DNA of 64,000 bases from a virus. A program made the translations under genes and the position numbers. Where the stretch lies: the IMG/VR virus record IMGVR_UViG_3300046002_007411, positions 47,708 to 111,707 of that record; one strand, 5' to 3'. Below the pieces are notes generated by a model. The model did no database searches. It saw nothing but the letters and a program-made list of their open reading frames with translations, and had not been told where the DNA came from. Shown here in pieces: positions 56,016 to 64,000 of the stretch. The number at the start of each line of letters is the position of its first letter. Within the stretch, counting starts at the first letter, position 1.

Positions 56016-56981
56016 TTATTTTGCAGGAGCGCGAGTTAGTGGGCTCTTTTTGTTGCCTTCAGTGCTTTTGTTAAGGATAGCACCGCTTGCGCCTTCTTTG
56101 CTTACATGTCCCATGTGATCAGTAGCCTTTTTGCGACGGTTGTCACCTTGGGTATGCTTTAGTGTTGCACTGCTGGGAGCAGATTCACGATTGTAACCGC
56201 TGTGATGACCACCTTTTGTGGGATCAACAGGCTTTGCACCCATGCGTTCTTTTTGACTGGCTGGAACTGGGCTTTTGGCACGAGCACCTACGTCGCTAGC
56301 AAACTTACCGCTACCAACTTCACCAGGGGTTTTTTGGCTTTGCATGGGATTTTGATCCACTACGTCAAGGCTCACGGCCTCACTTAGTGAATCCCAATCT
56401 TCCTCAACTTCCTCAACCTCTTCTTCTTCACCTTCTTCTTCACCTTCAGGTTGATCCATAATGTCAACTTCTGTTTCGTCAGCTTCTAGATCTTCATCAC
56501 CTTCATGGTCTTCTTCGCCGCCTTGGTCTTTAATACGTTCAAACTCAGCTTCTAGTTCTTCTAGAGCTTTGGTCAAAGCATCAATACCCTTTTCCATGCC
56601 GCTTAGTTCACCGCCATGGTCAGCTGCGCCTTCCATGTCTGTCATGTCCTCCATGTCATCCATGTCATCTTCAGTTTCGTCTGAAACTTCAGTTTCCATG
56701 TCCATCATGTCTTCATCTTCTTCGCTCATGACTTCTTCAAACTCAATTTCAGCATCGTCATCAGAAATGTCGTCAGACATTTCTTTAACGTCATGCATGA
56801 AGTCTTCGCCTTGGTCGCCACTGCCACCAATTTCCATCATGTCGTCTTCTTCATGTGTCATCAGTTCTTCATGAATAGCACGAGCTTTTTCAATAAAGAT
56901 TTGATGCAATAGTGCTTTAGCTTGACCCTCTTCATTATTTAGAAGGTGTTCTAAAACCTTCTCTAACTTTGTTTTACTCAT
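56016..56981 (-). CDS. Highly acidic prohead core protein (gp67/68-like position)
   Basis: Very D/E-rich; between portal and protease; AAGGAG RBS and TAAATA. Confidence 0.65.
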   Translation of the reverse strand: MSKTKLEKVLEHLLNNEEGQAKALLHQIFIEKARAIHEELMTHEEDDMMEIGGSGDQGEDFMHDVKEMSDDISDDDAEIEFEEVMSEEDEDMMDMETEVSDETEDDMDDMEDMTDMEGAADHGGELSGMEKGIDALTKALEELEAEFERIKDQGGEEDHEGDEDLEADETEVDIMDQPEGEEEGEEEEVEEVEEDWDSLSEAVSLDVVDQNPMQSQKTPGEVGSGKFASDVGARAKSPVPASQKERMGAKPVDPTKGGHHSGYNRESAPSSATLKHTQGDNRRKKATDHMGHVSKEGASGAILNKSTEGNKKSPLTRAPAK

Positions 56982-57062
56982 TTCATGCTCCTTGTTAAAA
57001 AGCTTACAGACTCAACGATATTTACACTGTATCACGGAAAATAATAAAAAACGCCCGGTTTT

Positions 57063-58148
57063 TTAACTGATTCTTTGAATATATGTAGTAGGGCCTTGTG
57101 TATATGTTCTTAAATCAGGTGTAGTGATGGAAACCCCTCCTGCACCAGTTACAGTTTGGCCATTGCATGCAGCAAAGTTGCTGGGGATAGGATATGTTTG
57201 CGGCCAAAGTATAATGCCATATAAAGGCAGGTCCAAGCTAACAACACCTTGAGTCACCAAGCCTTTGCTATTAACTGTCACACTGTTGTAAGTTCCTGCA
57301 CTAACACCTGAGTCAGCTAAAGCTACTGTAATATTTGCAATGGCACCATATAATGTTGATGTACCTAAAGCAGCACCATCTAAGTTCACTTGTTGTAGGG
57401 GTGTATATCCCAAACTGCTAATAACATCAACATTACTTAATGATATATTCCCTGCTATAACTCTGCCGCCATTGTCCACAGTAACTTTGCTATAAGTTCC
57501 TGCAACGTTTATGTTACTAAACGACACAGCAATGTTGATATTTTGACTACCATCAAACAAAGCTGTTCCTGAAGCATCTCCACTTAAAGAAATAGCACGG
57601 GGGGTTTCTAAAACTTCTGCAGAACTAGCTCGCCCCGTTATAGCAAACAAGTTACCACTCTCTTGGGCCATGGTCAAGCCCTGCACTAGTCCCGTGGGAA
57701 ATCTCACAGACAAATCGTAACTCAAGCTGCCTATTACTATTACGCTTGGTAACTCAGCTGGTACAAACGCACGTTCGCTAAACGCAGCTACTATTTGTGC
57801 ATCGCTTAAAATCACAGTTATGTAATAGTCAGTTAATCCCACTTTCACAACAACACTGTGGCTGCCAGCATTGCTGTCAGCACTGGGTGTGATAATAGAC
57901 CAAACACTTCCTGTGTAAATTTTCAACTCTTGAGTTGACGTCTCATACCAAAGCTGACCTTGTTGTGGATTTGCTGGTGAATTAATGCTGGCAAAATTTT
58001 GCAGCAAGTTAACCAAGTTTTGATTTAAACTTAAACCATAGTTACTGGTATTTCTGCCTGGCAAAGCCAAGCTTGTCAATGTAGTGTTTAAGACACTGTC
58101 TTTTAAACTAACATTACCCAAGCCTGCGATATAGATGTTGTAAACCAT
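57063..58148 (-). CDS. Tail-fibre-like protein
   Basis: LPGRNTSNYG..NQNLV.LLQNFA...GQLWY; LETPRAISLSGD; AGTYSKVTV/AGTYNSVTV repeats; collar-like C-term (IILW...CNGQ...TPDLR). Confidence 0.75.
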   Translation of the reverse strand: MVYNIYIAGLGNVSLKDSVLNTTLTSLALPGRNTSNYGLSLNQNLVNLLQNFASINSPANPQQGQLWYETSTQELKIYTGSVWSIITPSADSNAGSHSVVVKVGLTDYYITVILSDAQIVAAFSERAFVPAELPSVIVIGSLSYDLSVRFPTGLVQGLTMAQESGNLFAITGRASSAEVLETPRAISLSGDASGTALFDGSQNINIAVSFSNINVAGTYSKVTVDNGGRVIAGNISLSNVDVISSLGYTPLQQVNLDGAALGTSTLYGAIANITVALADSGVSAGTYNSVTVNSKGLVTQGVVSLDLPLYGIILWPQTYPIPSNFAACNGQTVTGAGGVSITTPDLRTYTQGPTTYIQRIS

Positions 58149-58149
58149 A

Positions 58150-58365
58150 TTAGATACCCATGCCTCCACCTTCTTCTTGAGGAGATCCATACATCAGTTG
58201 CAGTAAATCTTGTTTCATTAGTGTTTCCAAATCTCTAGCTGCTCGCATTTTTTTTAAACGATTCAAATGTGCCAAAGTAATTTTTGGTTTTCTGCTGTCT
58301 TTTATTTCTCTTTGACTGTATTCGTCTTGACTTATATCTGTGTAGCCAATCTCTTGTGCTTGCAT
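58150..58365 (-). CDS. Small conserved-type protein downstream of portal
   Basis: DSRKPKITLAHLNRLKKMR...MYG. Confidence 0.75.
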   Translation of the reverse strand: MQAQEIGYTDISQDEYSQREIKDSRKPKITLAHLNRLKKMRAARDLETLMKQDLLQLMYGSPQEEGGGMGI

Positions 58366-58367
58366 GA

Positions 58368-60116
58368 TTATACTCCCGGGGCTTCTGGTGCAGCGGCTGG
58401 TGCAGCTTCTGGAGCAGCAGGTGCAGCAACTTCAGGAGGAGCTTCTCCACCTGGTTCGCCAGGCAAACCAGGCTCTTCAAATCCTGACACATCACGAATA
58501 CCCACACTAGCTAAATCCACATTATTTTCATCACTTGGTGCTTTACCAGTCTTTGCTTTTACTTTATCAGCGTTTTCTTCCTGGAATCTGCGTTCATTTT
58601 CAATAACATCTTCCTCTGTCCAACCAAGATAACGCATTAGTGCATATCGCTTGCTGATGTAACGATTTGCATCACTGCCCATGATGCTGGTAAACAAGTT
58701 GATTTGTTCGCTTTCTTTTTGTATGCGACGATAATCACTAAAGCTTTGAGGTTCCCAAAACTGCAAATCAAACAAGCTGCTGGAGATTTCTATGCCACGA
58801 TGCTTGAGAAATAGTTTAAACTCTCTATCTAAAACTGGAGCAACTAGATTTTGCAAACGCTGACAGTATTTGGTAAAACGATATTCTTGAACAAAGGCTG
58901 ATCCTATTTTGCCATCACTGAATACAGTGGTGCCATCCTCGGGCCCTGTGGGCAAATAACTGCTGGGAATACCCAAGCCGCGAATCATTTTGTTGTTGAA
59001 GTATTTCAAGTCATCAATCTGTCCGAGATTTTCACCACCAGGCAAAGTTTCAATACGGGATCCTTTGCCTTCAGAGTTTTGTGCAAGGAAAAAGTCCTCA
59101 TTTATGGCAATAGGGCTATAAGCCGCATCCAAAATACTTTGTCCTCCACCTGTTCTGTTGGGGATTCGGCGTTGATAGATTTCGTTTTTAATACGCTCGA
59201 CATATTGCATGGCACGTGGACCACTGAGATTGCCCACATCAATATAAAAAATTCTACGTTCTGGTGCCCGCACTATGCGATAAATGATAATGCTATCTTC
59301 CAGCAGGTCTTTTTGCTTGTAAACCTTGTAAATGCTTTCCAATATGCTGGTGCCAAAGGGCCATTGACTGTCCATGCCCTCACTTAAACTCAAATGCACA
59401 ACATGGGTGCCATCAATAGCATAGTTGTTGTCGGGTAAGTTGAAACGTGAGTTTCTACTTCCCGGACTACTAGCAACACCGTAGTTCACAGTGCCTGCAC
59501 CAGCAGCAGGATTACTGCTACGTGGATACCCTCCAGGAAAGCTATACTGGTCATGAACCAGCATGCTGGTGGCAACCATGCTTTGCAGATTTAAATCAAT
59601 ATCACGAATAACATATTGCTCAATGTCTTTGCCACGATTTTCATTTACTATGATCTTTTCAACTTTTGTGGGATCAACCCAAATAAGCTCAAAAGTTTCA
59701 GGATCACGTATGTAAATCTGATCGCCATATTTGATGACATTTCTAAATGCCCGCCAAAGGCGCTGCTGCCATTTGTTCAAGCTGCACCACTGCCGTAAAG
59801 TGTCCTTCAACAACGTGATTTCTGTATCTGTTAGCTCGTCATGATACACTATGTCAAAAGGATCAGTGTCATTTTCAAAATTCTGTGTGCTGAAATCGCT
59901 TATAACATCAAGAGCTTTGCTGATTTCACTATCTAAATCCATTTGTTCATATTGAATATAACGCTCAACTCTATTAGGAGCCCCGCTATAAACCTCGGGC
60001 AAAAAACTACTGTATTTGCCGCTGGTTCCTCCTTGCCCACTGGTAGAGTTACCCACTTCACGAGTTGTTCTTGCAGGGCTAGGCACGGCGCTAAAGTATT
60101 TTTTCCAAGAAGACAT
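58368..60116 (-). CDS. gp20: Portal protein (gp20-like)
   Basis: LLEDSIIIYRIVRAPERRIFYIDVGN; EDFFL; ETLPGGENLGQIDD. Confidence 0.96.
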   Translation of the reverse strand: MSSWKKYFSAVPSPARTTREVGNSTSGQGGTSGKYSSFLPEVYSGAPNRVERYIQYEQMDLDSEISKALDVISDFSTQNFENDTDPFDIVYHDELTDTEITLLKDTLRQWCSLNKWQQRLWRAFRNVIKYGDQIYIRDPETFELIWVDPTKVEKIIVNENRGKDIEQYVIRDIDLNLQSMVATSMLVHDQYSFPGGYPRSSNPAAGAGTVNYGVASSPGSRNSRFNLPDNNYAIDGTHVVHLSLSEGMDSQWPFGTSILESIYKVYKQKDLLEDSIIIYRIVRAPERRIFYIDVGNLSGPRAMQYVERIKNEIYQRRIPNRTGGGQSILDAAYSPIAINEDFFLAQNSEGKGSRIETLPGGENLGQIDDLKYFNNKMIRGLGIPSSYLPTGPEDGTTVFSDGKIGSAFVQEYRFTKYCQRLQNLVAPVLDREFKLFLKHRGIEISSSLFDLQFWEPQSFSDYRRIQKESEQINLFTSIMGSDANRYISKRYALMRYLGWTEEDVIENERRFQEENADKVKAKTGKAPSDENNVDLASVGIRDVSGFEEPGLPGEPGGEAPPEVAAPAAPEAAPAAAPEAPGV

Positions 60117-60171
60117 TCTAGTTCCTGATTTTTACACAATATTTATGGTAGGAAACACATGCATAGATATT

Positions 60172-62661
60172 TTAAGATGCAGATAATCCTGCTCCTTGCA
60201 CTGGTCGATCAGTTACTAAAGTTGCCAAGCTTGTATTCATGGAACTCAATAGGTCTTTCATGTTTTCATTAAGTTCACGTATGTTTTTCCAAATATTCAA
60301 AGTATCAGCTTGCCAATCAGTATTCATACCTTGATACTCAGGTGCAGATGCAGGAGTTTCTGCTCGACCACTCACTGCACCTAATACTCTAGAAAGATTA
60401 TCAAAGCCTCCAGCACCAGGAGTCAAGCTAATAGCACTTATAACTTCACGGTAACCTGCGCTGAAATCTTTTAGGGCTTGACCAGTTTCACTGTATTGCA
60501 AGTTTAAACCTTGACGATCTTCTAACATTTTGTCAATCTGTTCAAGTAACGACATTTGCCCTGCAGCTTGCTCGGGACTGCGTTGTGCGTCTGCACCACC
60601 GCCGCCAAATAAAGTTCCGCTGTGTTGATATAGGCCCATGCCTGCGCCAGCTAGACCGCCTAATGCTCCGCCTACTAATGCCCCACCTGGACCTAAAAAT
60701 GCACCCAACATGGCGCCAGTGCCAGCTAATCCTGCAGCTTGTCCAAGAATATCAAGTCCCGCACCAGTTTTACCATAGCCTGCTCCAGTAGCAGCAGTAC
60801 CTAAACCTCCCAAGGCTGCTCCTGCTACTAATCCGCCAATACTTCCTCGACCTAACATACTTCCCAACCTGCCAAATCTACCGCCACCTGCTTGGCCTGG
60901 TCGGCCAGGTGCGCCGCCCCCTAAACCACCGCCACCTAAACCACCTGCGCTTACTTCGCGGGTATATATGGGATTTTGAGGTGTAGAACCTGGAATACCA
61001 GGGCCTATACCGCTAGCGCCTATACCTGGCGCACCTTTTGGTCCACCAAACATTGATACAATGCTTCTAAAACCTTTCACTGCTAAAACTGAAGCACCTA
61101 TAGCTGCTCCAAAAGCAATAACAGACCCTAATATTCCACCTTGTCCGCCTAGTCCAACAGCACTTGTTATAGCTTTATCAATGTCATTAAATTTTTCTGA
61201 TAACCATGTAATCCCGTCTGCTAGATAACCCAAAGGTGTAATTAAATAGTTTGCAGCACTTGCAAAGCTTCTAAATATTTCATTATTAAGTTTGTTGAAT
61301 GCCTCCGTAAGCTTGTTTAATACTTCTTTACGTTTTTTATCCTCTTCAGCTTCTTTTGCACGCTCAGCTTTAAGTTCATTAAGAGTCATACCACGACGTT
61401 TAGCTTCGGCTTCCATCTGCTCTAGCTTGTCTTTTTCTGCTTGTTCAACATTTTTAGCATTTTTGATTAAATCACCAAGAGTTCCTGCTAGTTCAGGCAT
61501 GGCAGCTAGCAGCTGGCGGCGCAGTGACTCAGGTGCAGCGATTAGTGTTTTTGCAAATTGTTTTTGTGCATCTTCATACTCTTCCCCACCTTTAACACTT
61601 GCTTCTGCTAGATTGGCAAAACTACCTCCAAGCCCTGGCACTGTGCTAATCAAGTGCTGCATGCTTTCATCAAGCAGGCCAAAGGTGTTTGAACCGGCAA
61701 AATATTTTTGTATGTTATCTGCTAGTAGCTTACCACCTTGTTGACCAAACTTAGCCAACTGAGCAGTAGCAGCAATTAAGTTTTCTCCTGCTTTTGCACT
61801 CATTGTGCTCAATAACAAATAGCTGCTACCAGTTTTTGTTATACTACTAACAAAGTCTATTAACGCTTTTCTACTCAGTCCTGTGGCTTCACTTACTTTA
61901 CCAAACTGGTTAATAAGCCCTTGGCTGCTGGCTACAAGTTGTTGGTTGTTTAGGCGGCCGGCTACACCAGCTTGCTGATAGATGTCCACAGTTTGCAAGA
62001 ACATTTCTGCGCCATCCTGCAAGCTTAGGAGATATTCACCACCATATCGGCTGGTATCTTGAAATGTTTTAATTAACTTGGGAACATCACGCCCCCCTAA
62101 CTGTGCAAATACAGTGCTGTTTTTTGTAGCTAATGCACCAAACTCCTGTACGCTTAACCTAGCTGTGTTACTGCTTGTGATCAGTCCATTGATACCGCCT
62201 TGAAGTCTAACACCAGTTTCATATAAATCACTAAAGATTTTATCAGCTTCTATGAGCTTTTCCAAGCTTTTACTTACTAAGAGTGCAACTGTTGCAAATC
62301 TCTGCAAACCACTTATTGCCAGCTTGTTTGCTTTACCTTGTTCCTCAAAGTCTTGGGCTAGTAATTTTGTACTCTGACTTATATTAGTAAAGAGCCCTTG
62401 TCCCCCTTGTATGCCTTCCGTTAAAGCTGATTTCCAAACTTGTCCAGCTTGTTGAAGATAATACCGGGTTTTTTCTGAGTTATCTTTTAACTGTTGACTG
62501 TTCTCTTCTAAAGCTTGTCTGGCGACCTCCCCTTCCTTGCTTGGGGTTTTAGGATCTAATGCTGTTAGGAGTTTTTTAAGAGTGGTTTCTGTTGCCCAGC
62601 CAACATTTCCTTGACTAGCCATCGCAACAAATAATGGATTGTTAGCATTTGTTCCAGACAT
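60172..62661 (-). CDS. Tape-measure-like protein
   Basis: 829 aa; helical/coiled-coil with Gly/Ala-rich hydrophobic segments; next to the gp26-like gene. Confidence 0.65.
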   Translation of the reverse strand: MSGTNANNPLFVAMASQGNVGWATETTLKKLLTALDPKTPSKEGEVARQALEENSQQLKDNSEKTRYYLQQAGQVWKSALTEGIQGGQGLFTNISQSTKLLAQDFEEQGKANKLAISGLQRFATVALLVSKSLEKLIEADKIFSDLYETGVRLQGGINGLITSSNTARLSVQEFGALATKNSTVFAQLGGRDVPKLIKTFQDTSRYGGEYLLSLQDGAEMFLQTVDIYQQAGVAGRLNNQQLVASSQGLINQFGKVSEATGLSRKALIDFVSSITKTGSSYLLLSTMSAKAGENLIAATAQLAKFGQQGGKLLADNIQKYFAGSNTFGLLDESMQHLISTVPGLGGSFANLAEASVKGGEEYEDAQKQFAKTLIAAPESLRRQLLAAMPELAGTLGDLIKNAKNVEQAEKDKLEQMEAEAKRRGMTLNELKAERAKEAEEDKKRKEVLNKLTEAFNKLNNEIFRSFASAANYLITPLGYLADGITWLSEKFNDIDKAITSAVGLGGQGGILGSVIAFGAAIGASVLAVKGFRSIVSMFGGPKGAPGIGASGIGPGIPGSTPQNPIYTREVSAGGLGGGGLGGGAPGRPGQAGGGRFGRLGSMLGRGSIGGLVAGAALGGLGTAATGAGYGKTGAGLDILGQAAGLAGTGAMLGAFLGPGGALVGGALGGLAGAGMGLYQHSGTLFGGGGADAQRSPEQAAGQMSLLEQIDKMLEDRQGLNLQYSETGQALKDFSAGYREVISAISLTPGAGGFDNLSRVLGAVSGRAETPASAPEYQGMNTDWQADTLNIWKNIRELNENMKDLLSSMNTSLATLVTDRPVQGAGLSAS

Positions 62662-62711
62662 TTTTTATCACTTCACGGAATTAACACAATAAATATTTCT
62701 AATATTTATGG

Positions 62712-63575
62712 ATGTATTTCTCCACAATGAACCCACTTGAACCTTACTTTCGCAAACCGCAAGTTTATATTTCCTTACCCAGCCAAGGTCGTTGGTATAA
62801 ACCACAAGATATTACTTTAACAGGAGACAATGAACTTGCCATTTATGGCATGACAGCAAGAGATGATGTGCTTTTAAACACACCTGATGCTATGTTAAAT
62901 GGCGAAGCTCTTAAAAAGGTTATTGCCAACTGTGTGCCAGATGTTCACAACATCAATGCGCTGGTAACACCAGATCTTGAAGCTATATTTGTGGCCATGA
63001 AACTAGCCAGCGGTGATGGAACTATAGAAATCAATCGCGATTGTCCCAAATGTGGACACGATTGCAGTTGGGATCTACAATGCCAACCTATTCTTGACAG
63101 ACAAACTCTTATTGAACATCAAGACGGTGTTGTAGTAGTTGATCAATCATTGGAAATCCATGTTAAACCCTATGATTACAAACAGCGCAGCATATTCATC
63201 CAACAAGAATATCAAGAAGAGCGTGCTATAAGACAATGGGATACCTTGAATCCTGACAGTAGTGACTTATTAAAAGCTGAAGTCATGGCACAGGCTATTG
63301 ATAACATCAGCCAAATTACTATAAAATTGGTCAGTGCAAGTATCACACATGTGAAAATACTACACTCAGGCGAAGTAGTCTCCGACCCAGATTTTATTAT
63401 TGAATGGCTGCGATCAGCACCGCGAGCGCAAGCTGAAGCTATAATCTCCGCAGTGGACCAATTAAACAAATGCGGTCCAAATAAAAACATTGATGTTGAA
63501 TGCCCCAGCTGTGCTAATACCTGGCAAGTAACTATAAGTTATGACCCTATAAGTTTTTTCGTCAAACGCTCCTAA
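62712..63575 (+). CDS. Baseplate hub / tail assembly protein (gp26-like)
   Basis: YISLPSQG, MTARDD..L.TPDA..NG, two CxxC motifs, ends ISFF. Confidence 0.75.
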   Translation: MYFSTMNPLEPYFRKPQVYISLPSQGRWYKPQDITLTGDNELAIYGMTARDDVLLNTPDAMLNGEALKKVIANCVPDVHNINALVTPDLEAIFVAMKLASGDGTIEINRDCPKCGHDCSWDLQCQPILDRQTLIEHQDGVVVVDQSLEIHVKPYDYKQRSIFIQQEYQEERAIRQWDTLNPDSSDLLKAEVMAQAIDNISQITIKLVSASITHVKILHSGEVVSDPDFIIEWLRSAPRAQAEAIISAVDQLNKCGPNKNIDVECPSCANTWQVTISYDPISFFVKRS

Positions 63576-63577
63576 GC

Positions 63578-63793
63578 TTGGATCAAGAAACGATCCAAAC
63601 CATGCTTGGGAGCATGAATAAAAACGTCATTGCTGTGGAAAAAGACATTGCTAGCTTGGTATATTACATGAACGGTGGATTGAGCTATAACGATGCTTGG
63701 TTGTTAACTTCCAATCAAAGAAAAATAATGGTGAAAGTCATTGAGGATCATTACAAAGCCATGAATCCCTCTAAAGGCCAACAAGCTTTTTAA
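63578..63793 (+). CDS. gp51-like small protein, probably made as a -1 frameshift extension of the upstream gene
   Basis: YYMNGGLSYNDAWLLT..QR; reading frame is open from the slippery site at 63554. Confidence 0.65.
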   Translation: MDQETIQTMLGSMNKNVIAVEKDIASLVYYMNGGLSYNDAWLLTSNQRKIMVKVIEDHYKAMNPSKGQQAF

Positions 63794-63870
63794 GTTGTCG
63801 GTGATTCATTTAGTATTTCTTGATGATTTAGTTATTCAGGATTTAAGTGGTTGTGATAAACACAACCACT

Positions 63871-63907
63871 GAATAACAACTAGCTGAAGCAAGTTGTTAT
63901 TCTTTTT
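63871..63907 (+). terminator. Rho-independent terminator within a multi-hairpin region
   Basis: gaataacaact-N10-agttgttattc followed by ttttt. Confidence 0.6.
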
Positions 63908-64000
63908 ATAAGTTATGATATAACATATGCTTTTTTAGCACTCATGTAGATTGTGATGCCATGATTTTCCCGACCCGGAAAAATCATGGGTCGCGGAGCA

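Noticed and set aside
56400-56870. Apparent short tandem repeats (tcttc/catgtc runs)
   Set aside because: They simply encode the Asp/Glu/Met-rich region of the acidic core protein.
1-64000. CRISPR array, tRNA, rRNA or integrase
   Set aside because: No regularly spaced repeats or cloverleaf/rRNA signatures seen by eye; intergenic gaps are short. tRNAscan was not run.
1-64000. Alternative genetic code (stop-codon reassignment)
   Set aside because: Core genes are full-length in the standard code, and TAA, TAG and TGA all terminate genes.

Overview
This is a 64-kb segment of a large T4-like (myovirus, probably jumbo) bacteriophage genome in the standard genetic code, with most genes on the minus strand. 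From left to right it carries: the nrdA 5' end, a tailspike and an exonuclease; a block of probable internal-head proteins (3.7-12.5 kb); the replication/recombination module (gp41 helicase, primase, a miniature DnaE, gp62-like, UvsW, AAA ATPase, UvsY, UvsX, gp32); and an EcoRI/MunI-like endonuclease plus adenine MTase pair. The virion module follows (terminase, gp4, tail tube, 1183-aa sheath, gp13/14/15, GH19 endolysin, MCP, scaffold, protease, portal, tape measure, gp26/gp51-like pair), with two antisense Hef-like endonucleases inserted. Most notable: (1) a likely virion-packaged, protease-processed three-enzyme protein (Pol-beta NTase + ligase-like + HIGH NTase) coupled to a nuclease-like gene; (2) shared head-targeting/processing motifs (T4 CTS-like N-termini, a scaffold-like xxLAG[VLI] motif, a copy of the capsid N-arm); (3) a -1 slippery site joining the gp26-like and gp51-like ORFs; (4) TAAATA late promoters placed inside RBS-sequestering hairpins; (5) a 196-aa DnaE catalytic core. 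All functional calls come from motif recognition by eye; no database searches were run.
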